A stretch of DNA of 64,000 bases from Candidatus Marinacidobacterales bacterium (lineage in GTDB: Bacteria > Acidobacteriota > Vicinamibacteria > Marinacidobacterales > SMYC01), in NCBI GenBank assembly GCA_965237955.1, contig OZ250169.1, positions 3,264,001 to 3,328,000 on the forward strand, read 5' to 3'. A program made the position numbers and the translations under genes. Below the pieces are notes generated by a model. It saw nothing but the letters and a program-made list of their open reading frames with translations. It searched no databases and was not told where the DNA came from. Every line of letters begins with the position of its first letter. The stretch's first letter is position 1. Of this stretch, positions 18,518 to 29,118 are shown one piece after another.

Positions 18518-21500
18518 GCCGACTCTCCCCAACTTTGGCCCAGACTCTTGAAGTAGAGACCGAAGCGACGCTCCACGATCTCTCTCGCGCGGCTCCTCCG
18601 GCGGATCGTAGTCCTCGGGATGCAGAATCGGTCCGAAGCGCGAGCTCGTTCTCATTGGCAGCAAGGGCTCGAGATCGTTGAACGCCACTTCACACGGGAG
18701 CAAATAGTCGTGCACTCCACGCCGCATATCTTCGACGAGTGCTGTGAGGTAGCGCGTCGCCGCCTCACGTGAGATGGGAGCAAAGGTGAACCGCTCGTAG
18801 CGGAACCGCTGGCTCGCTTCGTCGAGCGCTTCATCAGGGGGAGCGTTGATGGCGACGAACACGTAGGGCTCACCGAGCACGAGACCGGCCGCCGCATGAA
18901 AGACATGGTCGAGGAAACCGTGAAGAGATTCCCTGCGAGGGTGAAAGCGAGCTCGATGTTGCGCGCACAAACGAATCGCAATTCGCGGCGACGTCAGGAA
19001 CATGAGCGCGCTTGGGCCCAGCTCGATCCGTACGCCGTCGACAACGTAGGATGCGGGCTCTCGAGTCGATAGGGCCAAATCGTTGGCGTCGCCGTCAGTG
19101 CCAGCCACTTCGGACAAACTCTTGCGCCAAGACTCGAGGATGCGGAGATGGCGCTCGCGTTCGGCGTCACCAAAAAGTCCCGTCGGTCGCTCGCCTCGGA
19201 GCTCGAAGCGGTGCGCGAGCTCGTCGTAGTTACTAGCATCACCGCCCCGCCGAAACGCTTCTCGCAACAACAGCGCACGCTCGAGGGCTCCGGCGTGGAA
19301 GAGCTCGTCCTCGCGGGAAAGAGGATCCTCCTCGGACGCATCTCCGAGTCGCAACGCCAACCTTGCCGACCCCTGGAGCGGGCACTCGAGAAAGCGCCGG
19401 ATCGCGGCGACGGAAACGGACCCGCCCAAATCGACGACGTCCTTTCCACTGGCCGGCGGTGCGACAGTTTTCAGGACTTCCTGGACACGAGGCCCGAGGT
19501 CGAGCTTCGCGGCCTCCGGCAGCGCCGAGCGGCCGAGATGCGTCCGGAGGTTGTCTCCGAGTACGCGCGCATTTCTCTCACGCGCTGCCCGCGGTGAGGT
19601 ACGCCAGCTCACAGGGTCATCGACGCGTCGAAGTGGATAGCGCCGGCGGGCGATCTCCTTCACGTAACCCTGCTCGAGCGCCTCGACGAGCTCCAAAACG
19701 ACCGACGCAGGTTGAAGCGTCTCGCCGGTAAGCTCGTCGCGCGCGACATAGGACAAGTAGAGCCGTTCCCTGGTGGAGAGGAGCGTTTCGAGAAAGAGAT
19801 ACTTGTCTTGTTCTCGGGTTGATACATCCCCGGCGCGCCGCTGAACGTGACGCAAGTCCAGATGATCGCAGCGCTCCGGCGCGGGAAAGTGCCCCTCTCC
19901 GAGCCCGGCGATGAAGATGACTTTGAATGGAATCGATCGCATCGGCAGAAAGCTCGACACGACGACGCCGTCTACGAGGTATTGCCCACGACTACCGGAG
20001 AGCACGCCGAGCTCGGCGCGCACAAGCTCGTGAGCCACGGCGTAGGTAACCTTCTTGCCTCCGAGGTTCATGTCTGCGAGCGAGCTCACCGCGCCAAGAC
20101 ATTTCCGGAGCACGCGCTCGTCTTCCTGTGAATGAGGCGGAGAGTGAGGATGCGGAGCGACGTAGCTGGTGATAAACGCGCTCATGAAATCCATCCACGC
20201 GGGCACCGTCATGTGGACGCGAGGGGCCTCGCGGGCATCGCTCAGGAGCGAGCGAACGAAAAGCCCCAAACCTCCAGCGCTCGAGACCTTGTCGAAAGGG
20301 ATCTCCTCGACGAGATAGGTGTCGTCGCCTTGCCGGAATAGCCGATCGTCGCCCGAGTGGTCGCCGCTCATGAACGCGCCCAGTGCCAGCCGCTTCAAGC
20401 CTTGGTCCCAGTTGAAAACGTCTTTTTCGACGTAGGTGTCATCTTGATCGTGACGATCGATGCCGCGGACGATCCCGAGCGCGTCGCACCAACCGAGCCA
20501 GTCGTCGCGAGACGCATCGGGAAACGACGTCATTACCGTCGGGTGGGTGACGAAACGCATGACCTCTTTGCGAGTGAAACGGCTGGTTGGAATCTCGAGC
20601 AAGAGCTCCACGGCTTCACTCAGCCTGCTTTCGCTCCGCACCGGGAGATCGACAATGTTGTGCGGGAGCGCATGCATCTCCCAAAAGACAGAGCCGACCA
20701 GCGCCTGGTAGCGCTCCGCCGCGGAGGGAACGAGGATGACCGCGATCTCGTTGAACCGCAAAGGCTCAGCCGACTTGTCGAGCGCAACCAGACGCCATAT
20801 TTCCGACGCGATGGCCTCGAGCTCCCGCCGGACACTCGCGCATTCGACGACGACGATGCTGTCGTCGTTCTCGAAGTCGAAGTCTTTCGGAATCGACTTC
20901 CGCTCCGGCTTTCGAAGAGCGATGTCTCGCTGAAGCTGTTCGAGGAGCGAGCCCGGTTCGGGACCCTTTATACGTGGTACCAGTTCGCATCCTGTGAGCG
21001 CGTTGGTAATCCGAAGGCTCTCCCGCCCCGCACGACCCCAAAGCCGCAAGGGCAGCATCTCACCCGCGTTCGCCAGCCGGAAAGGATCGTCGATGCTGAA
21101 AACCTCCCCAGGTCCGAGGTCTTTTCCTCGACGCTCGTAGCGGCGCGCGGACTTCGACATCGGGACCGGCGCCGAGATCGCCTCCCAGATTTCCTGGCAG
21201 GGATTGAAGGTGTAGAGATAAACGTCGCCCGCGATACGTCCCAACAGGTCGATATGAGCACGGGGCATGTAGGACACGCCGAATACATGGAGCGGTGCGG
21301 GCACGTCGCGCACGGTGTCTTCGCTGGCCTCGGAAAGCTCGAGCCAGAGACGCCGCTGCCACGTCTCGACGTCGCGGGAGTCCGTCTCCCCGATGAAGAG
21401 CCCGGCCCGCCAGCAGTCGAGAAGCTCAGGACGGAAGCTCTCGTAGTCCGAATAGAGCCGAGCGAGCTCTCTCCCGAGTTGTACTCGGCGGCGGTCGACT

Positions 21501-21832
21501 TGTTGCTGTTCGCCCCCACCCGCTTCGAGGTAGGTGCGCACCGGCTCGAGCTCGGCGTTGTCGAGGAGCTCGTCGGTGAACAGCGCCGTGAGAACGCGGT
21601 TCGCCAGCGTCGATGCGCGCCGGAAGAGCTCGTGCGAGAAGCGGAACTGGACGTTGGCGCAGATCCCGGTGAGCCGCGCCAAAGAGAGCTCGAGGTAGGT
21701 TTTCATGTTCGGGTTCGGGACGACGATGTGGATGGGGTCGTAGAGCGTCGTCCGCTCGGCACTGGTGCTGACGCGCTCGATGAGGGCTTCGAGAAGCTCC
21801 TCGGTTCGATTGGAGTAGTAGACGCGCAGCAC
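18518..21832 (-). CDS. recC: Exodeoxyribonuclease V gamma (RecC); read in frame into recB, probably through a slip in a GA run at ~18580
   Basis: YYSNRTEEL, IVVPN, NPCQEIW, LLEQLQRDI, PMRSIPFKVI, DKYLFLETLLS; the likely natural C-terminus EIVERRFGLYF is in another frame. Confidence 0.85.
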
Positions 21833-21943
21833 GAGAATCGGCGGCCAGGGTCGAAAAAGGGTTTTCCGGGTAACGGGTTGATGCTCTGGGATCTATCGTA
21901 GCATCTTTACGGTGTGTCGGCTCCGCGGTAAGCTCCGGGCGAC

Positions 21944-23011
21944 GTGGGACTTCTGTTGCTTGCCCTATCGCCGTTTTGGGCTGGCCTCGAGGCCGGCCCG
22001 TACCACGTCGGCTTCGAGACCTTCCCGCTTCGCGATTATTCGCGGCCCTTTCGCACCGAAGGGGACGACCGCATGCGCCAGTTGACGCTCGCCATCTGGT
22101 ATCCGGCTCGGCAGGCTCAACAGGCAGACGACGGCGAGCCCTTGCCTTTCGGCCGCTATGTGGGGTCGGAACGTGAGCGTTTCGCGCAATGGATCCGGGC
22201 GAGCGGGTATCGGTTGGGCGATGACGAGCTGTCCACGATCGCGGGCACGGAAACCGCTGCGTTCGAGGGCGCTACGCGAGCTCCCGGCTCGTTTCCGACG
22301 CTCTTGTTCGGAACGGGTCTTCGAGCCCCCATCTATCTGAACACCGTGTTGTGCGAGTACCTCGCGAGTCACGGCTACGTCGCTATCGCGGTTCCGTCGA
22401 TGGCCTATCGTGAGGATGTCAGCCCCGACTACGACGCGCTCACCATCGAGACGCACCTTCGCGACCTGGAGCTCGTCATCCATGAGATGCGCGACTACCC
22501 CGGAGTCGATATCGAGAACCTGGGGCTCGTCGCGTGGGGCAGTGGCGGCGTCGCCCAGGTGCTTCTCCAAATGAAAAACCCTGACGTCGCCGCAGTCGCG
22601 AGCCTGGACGCCGCGAGCGGATATTGCTACGGCCATGAGCTCCTCACCGAATCACTCTACTTCGACCCGTCTCGGGCGAGGGCGGCGTTTTTCCACGCGA
22701 CCGACTCGCGCGCTGCGACCAGCCCACTCGAAAAGAGTTTCGATTACTACGACAGCGTCCACCGCGGGCCGTCGTACTTGCTCTTGATCGAAGGCGCCGC
22801 CCATGCCGAGTTCACTTCACTGGCGAGTGTCGTTCCCCTCGACGGCCGAGCCGACGTGCGACGGCGCTATCGCCTGTTGTGCGAGTACGTCCGTCGCTTT
22901 TTGGATCTCGCGATGAAGGCCGACACCGAGGCCGCCGAGTTTCTGGATGTGACACCGTCTCGTCACGGCTTCGACGGACTGGTATTGTCGAAACGGGCCC
23001 GACCACCCTGA
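21944..23011 (+). CDS. Secreted alpha/beta-hydrolase fold protein
   Basis: GPYHVGF, IWYPA, EYLASHGYV, SLDA, AHAEF; atypical nucleophile elbow (AWGSGG). Confidence 0.7.
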   Translation: MGLLLLALSPFWAGLEAGPYHVGFETFPLRDYSRPFRTEGDDRMRQLTLAIWYPARQAQQADDGEPLPFGRYVGSERERFAQWIRASGYRLGDDELSTIAGTETAAFEGATRAPGSFPTLLFGTGLRAPIYLNTVLCEYLASHGYVAIAVPSMAYREDVSPDYDALTIETHLRDLELVIHEMRDYPGVDIENLGLVAWGSGGVAQVLLQMKNPDVAAVASLDAASGYCYGHELLTESLYFDPSRARAAFFHATDSRAATSPLEKSFDYYDSVHRGPSYLLLIEGAAHAEFTSLASVVPLDGRADVRRRYRLLCEYVRRFLDLAMKADTEAAEFLDVTPSRHGFDGLVLSKRARPP

Positions 23012-23061
23012 CCCAATTTTCCCCTACATCTCTTCGTCGGCGCTACCCGCTTCCCACCCCA

Positions 23062-23796
23062 TTACTTCGGGTACACCTCGTCCACGCCAACGATTTGCCA
23101 GCGGCCTCGGACGCGGGCTAGGGCGCAGCAGAGGTTCCAGCCGACGCGGAGCGATTTCGTCGCCGCTAGGGGGGCGAGGAGGGGGCCGATCTCTTCCGGC
23201 TCCGCAGCGCGGTATACCGTCAGCCAGAAACGTCCCGGGTCGACTCGGGTGATGGGATGGTCGTCGGTGTCGATGTAGTCGTGATCGGTGAACAACACCG
23301 GATCGACCGATACGGCGCGTTCTGCCAAAAGCCGCGCCGCTCGTTTCGCTCGGGTGCGAAGCTTCGTCCGCCAAGAGGCCACTTCGGAGCTCGCATCGAG
23401 CTCGACGCGAGTCACGTAGCCGCGCTCTACGAGCCAGCTCCTGAGATCCTCGACGACCAGTGGCGCCTTTTCTTCGATTCTTTCAGAAGTAAAGACGTCT
23501 CTTTTCACATAGACGCTCGCGAAGAAATCGAGCTCCGGAAGAAGCTTTGACGGACCAAAGACTTCGAAGAAGTGACGCTGAGCGACACCGCTCGCATGGT
23601 AGTGCTTTTCGCAAAACGCGCGCTCTTCCCCATCCAGATTTCGATGCCCGTAGTTGTTGATGCAGAGCTCGAGGAAAAAAAGGATGCGGCAGTAGGCTCG
23701 GTGCTCTTCAGGATCTAACGTGGATCTGCGTTCCTCGGCGAACTCCGACAAGACACATGTGATCGTCGGAGCCGTTGAAGTTTGTCGAGGGCTCAT
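23062..23796 (-). CDS. Hypothetical protein
   Basis: 244-aa ORF with natural composition; no motif recognised. Confidence 0.6.
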   Translation of the reverse strand: MSPRQTSTAPTITCVLSEFAEERRSTLDPEEHRAYCRILFFLELCINNYGHRNLDGEERAFCEKHYHASGVAQRHFFEVFGPSKLLPELDFFASVYVKRDVFTSERIEEKAPLVVEDLRSWLVERGYVTRVELDASSEVASWRTKLRTRAKRAARLLAERAVSVDPVLFTDHDYIDTDDHPITRVDPGRFWLTVYRAAEPEEIGPLLAPLAATKSLRVGWNLCCALARVRGRWQIVGVDEVYPK

Positions 23797-23910
23797 GGGT
23801 TTCCTCCCGATGTTGCCCTCAACCCCATTTCAATAGACGTAGGCAGATTCCATTTTCTACCCATGAGCGGGATTTTTTTTGTTGCGGAGACGATTACAAT
23901 AGGCCCATCC

Positions 23911-24567
23911 ATGGAGGCCCGGGTGCATCGGCTGGTCGTTCCGCGAACGGCTCGGTACGTGACCCTCGGGGCGATTGACGACAACGGCATCCCCAAAGAT
24001 GTCTGGTTTCTCTGCCACGGCTATGGGCAGCTCGCCTCGCAGTTTCTCGACTCCGCCCGTGCTCTCGAACACCCCGGACGTGTGCTGGTGGCGCCGGAGG
24101 CACTTTCCCGCTTCTACCATGAAGATCACAAGAGTATCGGCGCCTCGTGGATGACCCGCGAAGATCGCGAGCGCGAGATGGAAGACTACGTCCGCTATCT
24201 GGACCTGCTCCATGAGCAGCTCTTCGAGCTCATCGGCCGCGCGTCCGTACGCCTGGTCGTTCTCGGCTTCTCGCAGGGCGCCGCCACCGCTGCCCGTTGG
24301 GCGGTGCGCGGCCGTGTCGACGTCGATCACCTCGTGTTGTGGGGCGCGGCCACACCACCGGAGCTCGATGACGACACCGCGCTCGCGCCTTTGAAGGCGA
24401 TGCGGGTGACGCTCGTCGGTGGCAGCCGCGACGCGCTGTTTCCTGAAAGCGCGCGCGAGGAACAACGCACGCGGCTGCGGCGAAACGGGGTCACGTTTTC
24501 GGAGCTGACCTTCGCGGGCGGGCACCGTCTGGACGACGAAACGTTACTCCGGCTGGCGGCGAGCTGA
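23911..24567 (+). CDS. Phospholipase/carboxylesterase family hydrolase
   Basis: RTARY, HGYGQLA, APEALSRFY, GASWMTRE, GFSQG, GGH. Confidence 0.85.
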   Translation: MEARVHRLVVPRTARYVTLGAIDDNGIPKDVWFLCHGYGQLASQFLDSARALEHPGRVLVAPEALSRFYHEDHKSIGASWMTREDREREMEDYVRYLDLLHEQLFELIGRASVRLVVLGFSQGAATAARWAVRGRVDVDHLVLWGAATPPELDDDTALAPLKAMRVTLVGGSRDALFPESAREEQRTRLRRNGVTFSELTFAGGHRLDDETLLRLAAS

Positions 24568-24572
24568 AAACG

Positions 24573-25454
24573 ATGACGCTGATGCTCGCGGCGAACATTT
24601 TGATAGGCCCTTTGATAGGAGCGTGGACATTGCAGCCCGAACTCATTGGCGCCGAGACGCTGTCGGAGCTACCCAACCCGAAACCGACTTCGCGCATTCC
24701 GTATGGGGACGATCCGCTTCAGTTCGGCGATCTGAGGCTTCCCCCGGGCGCGGGGCCTCACCCCGTGGTCGTCGTCATCCATGGGGGATGCTGGCGTGCC
24801 CAGTACAACATCGATCACATCGGTGCTTTCAGCGATGCGCTCACGAAAGCAGGCGTTGCTACGTGGGCGGTGGAATACCGCCGCGTGGGAAACCCGGGGG
24901 GTGGTTGGCCGGGAACATTTCAAGACATCGCCGCTGCCGTGGATCACCTGCGAAACGTCGCTGACGAGCATCCGATCGACCTCGAGCGTGTCGTCGCCGT
25001 CGGGCATTCGGCGGGTGGCCACCTCGTTCTCTGGTTGGGCGCGCGCGCGAAGATCGCTGACGTGACGCTTCGTGGCGACGATCCTCTACCGCTCATGGGC
25101 GTCGTATCGCTCGCCGGTGTCGACGATCTCAGACGGGCGCTCGAGGAAGGAGTTTGTGACGACATCGCGGCCAAGCTCATCGGCGGCGCTCCCGAGGACG
25201 TTCCCGAGCGGTACGCGCTAAGCTCACCGATCGAGCTCTTGCCCACCGGGGTGCCGCAACATCTCATCAACGGCGCCCGTGATCCGATTGTTCCCGAGGC
25301 CTTTGGCCACGCCTACAAAGCCGCGGCGAAACGCGTCGGCGATCCGGTGGAGCTCACGATTCTCCCGGACGCCGGCCACTTCGAGCTCATTGTTCCCACG
25401 ACGAACGCGTGGGCTACTGTGAGGGACGCGATTCTGGAGATGCTCGAACGATGA
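24573..25454 (+). CDS. Alpha/beta hydrolase (esterase/lipase)
   Basis: YGDDPLQFGDL, HGGCW, EYRRVG, GHSAGG, GHFE. Confidence 0.88.
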   Translation: MTLMLAANILIGPLIGAWTLQPELIGAETLSELPNPKPTSRIPYGDDPLQFGDLRLPPGAGPHPVVVVIHGGCWRAQYNIDHIGAFSDALTKAGVATWAVEYRRVGNPGGGWPGTFQDIAAAVDHLRNVADEHPIDLERVVAVGHSAGGHLVLWLGARAKIADVTLRGDDPLPLMGVVSLAGVDDLRRALEEGVCDDIAAKLIGGAPEDVPERYALSSPIELLPTGVPQHLINGARDPIVPEAFGHAYKAAAKRVGDPVELTILPDAGHFELIVPTTNAWATVRDAILEMLER

Positions 25455-26320
25455 ACTGGCTCGAATACCTGCAGACGATCCTCGACTTCCAGCTTTTTCA
25501 GTTGGGAGGCAACCCGATCACGGTGTTACACGTGGCGATGTCGGTTTTCGCACTCATCTTCACGTACTTTCTCGCTCACTCCGTTCACCGGCTCTTGACG
25601 CGATACGTGCTCACAGAAGTCGAGCCGGCGCCTCGCTACGTCATCGCGCGTTTCACACAGTACCTCGTCTGGCTCATCGGCATCGCTGTCGCCATCGAGC
25701 TTCTGAACGTAGACCTCACCGCGTTAACGTTCGTCGCGGGCGCGCTCGGAATCGGAATCGGCTTCGGTCTTCAAAATGTCGTGAACAACCTCGTCTCCGG
25801 CGTCGTGCTCCTGCTCGAACAGCCGGTGCGGTATCGAGATCGGGTATCAATCGAAAACGTCGAAGGACAGGTGGAGCACATCAACTTCCGATCGACGACG
25901 ATCCTCACCAATGACAACATTACGATCATCGTGCCCAACTCGCAGCTCATCAACCAAGCGGTCATCAACTGGTCGCACGGCGACCCGCGGATACGAGTCC
26001 ATGTGCCCGTTGGCGTCGCCTACGGATCGGATGTCGAGTTGGTGACAGAAACGTTGCTCGCGGTGGCGCGCGGGGAACAAGACGTCCTGTCGAGTCCGGA
26101 GCCAGAGGTGCGTTTTCTCGAGTTCGGAGATTCGTCGTTGAACTTCGAGCTACTGGTATGGTCGGACGAGCCGCCGAACTATCATCGCTTGCGCAGCAAG
26201 CTGAACTACGCCATCGACGCCGCGTTCCGAGACAAAGGCGTCGAGATCCCGTTCCCCCAAAGAGACCTGCACCTCAAGACACCGACGCCCCAAGACATCA
26301 CCAAAGCGTTCTCCAAGTAG
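25451..26320 (+). CDS. Small-conductance mechanosensitive channel (MscS family)
   Basis: GIGIGFGLQNVVNN, IVPNS, GVAYGSD, FGDSSLNF, EIPFPQRDL. Confidence 0.92.
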   Translation: MNWLEYLQTILDFQLFQLGGNPITVLHVAMSVFALIFTYFLAHSVHRLLTRYVLTEVEPAPRYVIARFTQYLVWLIGIAVAIELLNVDLTALTFVAGALGIGIGFGLQNVVNNLVSGVVLLLEQPVRYRDRVSIENVEGQVEHINFRSTTILTNDNITIIVPNSQLINQAVINWSHGDPRIRVHVPVGVAYGSDVELVTETLLAVARGEQDVLSSPEPEVRFLEFGDSSLNFELLVWSDEPPNYHRLRSKLNYAIDAAFRDKGVEIPFPQRDLHLKTPTPQDITKAFSK

Positions 26321-26331
26321 CGAGCTACAAT

Positions 26332-27246
26332 CTAGGCCGCCGCTGCTTCGGCCCCGTTCGACACCCGTCCCTCGTCGAGGATGTGATCAGGGACGCGCTT
26401 GAGATCCCAGATGAGACCGAGTTTCGATAGCACGACCAGCCCGTAGTAGGTGATGTCGATCTCCCACCAATAGAACCCTTGCCTCGCGGCCGTCGCGTAG
26501 TGGTGGTGGTTGTTGTGCCATCCCTCGCCGAAGGTCAAAAGAGCGAGCAACCAATTGTTGCGGCTGGTGTCTCCGGTCTCGTACCGCCGCTTCCCGAAAA
26601 TGTGGGACAGGGAGTTAATCGTGAACGTCGCGTTCACGAGGATAACGGTGGAGAGGAAAAAGCCCCAAAAGAGCATCTGCGGTCCGGTCGTCCCGAGCGA
26701 GGGAGCATACGTCTGGAGAAAAACACCAAGGCCGAAACATGACGTCCCCAAGAGTACGGGCATGAGAACGTCGAACCGGTCGATCGCGCGGAGCTCGGGG
26801 AACTTGGCGAGATCGGGAACGAGACCGATCCGCGTCGGCGAGTTCGCGCGGGCGAAGATCCATCCGACGTGGGAATAGATGAAGCCCCGCTTGATGGGCG
26901 AGTGAACATCTTCATCCTCGTCCGAGTACTTATGATGGTGGCGGTGATGACCAGCCCACCACAACGGGCCCTTCTGAACCGAGCTGTTACCGAGCAGCGC
27001 GAACAGAAACTGGAACCACCGCGAGGTCTTGTAGCTCCGATGAGAAAGGTAGCGGTGATAGAAACCGGTGATGGCGAACATTCTCACCCAGAAAAGTGCG
27101 AGACAAACGCCTACGGCAACTGGGCTGATGCCCACCCAGAACACCCCCAGGGCCAGGAGATGAATCAACGCAAAGGGGATTGTGGCCCACCAATTGATGC
27201 CACCGTCGGAAGGAACGGCGCGCAGGTCGGACGACTGACTACTCAC
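26332..27246 (-). CDS. Acyl-CoA (delta-9) desaturase
   Basis: His boxes HRYLSH, HRHHH, GEGWHNNHH. Confidence 0.92.
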   Translation of the reverse strand: MSSQSSDLRAVPSDGGINWWATIPFALIHLLALGVFWVGISPVAVGVCLALFWVRMFAITGFYHRYLSHRSYKTSRWFQFLFALLGNSSVQKGPLWWAGHHRHHHKYSDEDEDVHSPIKRGFIYSHVGWIFARANSPTRIGLVPDLAKFPELRAIDRFDVLMPVLLGTSCFGLGVFLQTYAPSLGTTGPQMLFWGFFLSTVILVNATFTINSLSHIFGKRRYETGDTSRNNWLLALLTFGEGWHNNHHHYATAARQGFYWWEIDITYYGLVVLSKLGLIWDLKRVPDHILDEGRVSNGAEAAAA

Positions 27247-27399
27247 TGAGCTCTCCTCTTCGATGCAAGGTTTGGGGTTAGACGAGGAGCCTTTCTCCCA
27301 AGTTTTCCGGACTCGAGGCCGCCAAAACGGCCCCGCGACGTCGGATCACGGCTAATAGCGTAACATGGAACCGTCGAAGTCAACAAATTCAAGGGCGTT

Positions 27400-28034
27400 A
27401 TGGCACGCGGAGGGATAAAGCGAGGGCGAGGGATCGTGCTCGAGGGCTTCGGCCTCACCCCGGAGGAGTTAGCCCGCCCGGTGACGAGCGTATCGTTGTT
27501 CGGAAACGACGCCCGCTCGAGCTCGAAGTGGGCTCGGGCAACGGCACTCTCCTGACAACGGAGTCGAAGGCCAGACCGGGCGTGAACTTCCTCGGTATCG
27601 AATACACGCGGCGGTACTGGCGTTACGCCGCCGACCGGCTCCGGCGAAACGACTGTGAGAACGCTCGTGTCGTTCTCGCCGATGCGACGACGTTCATAGG
27701 GGACTACCTCGAGGACGATAGCCTGAGTGCGGTGCACATCTATTTCCCAGATCCGTGGCCGAAGTCGGGCCATCGCAAACGGCGTTTCGTCCAGCCACAC
27801 CACATCGAGCTCGTGGCGCGGAAGATGCAACCGGGAGCCAGGCTTCAGATCGTGACCGACCACGCCGGGTACTTCGCGCAGATCGACCAAGTCGTCCGCA
27901 ACTCCTCGCTCGCCATTGTCGACTTCAATACGCCCGCGGCCGCAGCGTCTGAGGAGATGGTCGGCTCGAACTTCGAGCGCAAGTACCGCCGAGAAGGTCG
28001 CGCCTTCCACGCGATCGCATCCGAGCGAGTGTAG
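27400..28034 (+). pseudogene. trmB: tRNA (guanine-N7)-methyltransferase, -1 frameshift in the C-run at 27512-27514
   Basis: ATG 27400 frame reads ...LFGNDA; LELEVGSGNG, FPDPWPK, TDH and SNFERKY continue in another frame. Confidence 0.8.
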
Positions 28035-28126
28035 GCATTTTCCGACCGCTGTTGGATTTTCCCCTCGAAATCGAGGCGCCGCCAACCCACGCCTCAAGCA
28101 ACTCAACGAGTTAGCAGGCTCCGTTC

Positions 28127-28142
28127 TGGCAATTCTTTTGCA
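28127..28142 (+). promoter_or_regulatory. Putative sigma-54 promoter upstream of the TPR gene
   Basis: TGGCAATTCTTTTGCA matches GG-N10-GC (-24/-12), ~78 bp upstream of ATG 28220. Confidence 0.5.
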
Positions 28143-28219
28143 ACTACGAGACGTCGGTCTCGTCTCACAAAACGTGCATTCCCGACCGAGCATGGCCGTC
28201 GACGGGTCCAGGGGAAACT

Positions 28220-28705
28220 ATGCACTGGCGCAATCAGCGACTCATCGCTCGAGAAGCGATGCGGCTCCATCGTGACGGTAGCAACGCCGAAGCAGCGCGC
28301 TTGTTGCGTCAACTCATCGAAGAGGGATGCCGCGATCCCAAGGTTCTGTCGTACGGCGGATTGCTGGTTGCAACCGAAGAGGGCGACGTCAAGACCGGCC
28401 TCGGGTGGTGTGAGCGTGCAGTGGAGATAGCGTTCTACGATGCCCAAATGTACCTGAACCTGGCACGGCTCCACGAACGGACCGGGTGGAAAACGCAAGC
28501 GACGCAGGTTCTTCGCAAAGGACTTCGCATCAATCCCGGCAACGAACAGCTTCTAGTGGAGATCAACCGCGTCAGCCCGAGAACTCCGGATGTGATTCCA
28601 GATCTTCCGAGAAAGCACATCGTCAACCGTACCCTCGGCAAGCTACGAGCCAAAGACAAACAGAAGGCCACGATCAAGCCCAAGACGTCCCCGAGCTACT
28701 CCTAA
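28220..28705 (+). CDS. Tetratricopeptide-repeat protein
   Basis: Helical repeats LSYGGL...CERAVEI, MYLNLARL...LRKGLRINPGN. Confidence 0.75.
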   Translation: MHWRNQRLIAREAMRLHRDGSNAEAARLLRQLIEEGCRDPKVLSYGGLLVATEEGDVKTGLGWCERAVEIAFYDAQMYLNLARLHERTGWKTQATQVLRKGLRINPGNEQLLVEINRVSPRTPDVIPDLPRKHIVNRTLGKLRAKDKQKATIKPKTSPSYS

Positions 28706-28786
28706 CGCGTCGTTGCATCTCGTAGCACGCGACCTCTACAATTCTGCCTCCGAAACGATTGGCAGGAAGTCCATGTGCGCGAGCAG

Positions 28787-29027
28787 CTATTGGAAGCATC
28801 CGTCGATATGGCGGGCACCATCGGGTGTGTCGACGCCTCGACCTATTGCCACGAACCGATCGCCCTCGACGACGATCGTGGCGCCAGAGACAGGAACGTG
28901 TCCGGTGCCGTCGATGACGGTCACGTTGTCGACGACGAGGGCGGGCTGAGCCGCGGCCAACCCGGGTATCGAGAACAAGGCGGTCACGACTATGACCGCG
29001 CGCTTGAAGTGTCGCATGAAGCGCATC
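28787..29027 (-). pseudogene. N-terminal fragment of a secreted amidohydrolase
   Basis: Signal peptide plus NVTVIDGTG...IVVEGDRFVAIG...IDG, then an abrupt stop; the PGL-x-D-x-H motif is missing. Confidence 0.7.
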
Positions 29028-29118
29028 ATAACGAGCCCTGGACCGGCAGGCCAGAAGCGCCGGCCCCTCGACATCGGCAGCACGTTTTGCGATCATCCGA
29101 GCTCGTCCCACGGAGGGA

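Noticed and set aside
16991-21832. 1613-aa ORF as a novel giant nuclease-helicase or defence protein
   Set aside because: Explained by RecC, a frameshift, truncated RecB and read-through into IS antisense.
20357-21901. Long antisense or alternative-frame ORFs (this 514-aa ORF; also 56002-57258 and 32811-33896)
   Set aside because: Shadow ORFs of real genes in high-GC DNA; no motifs.
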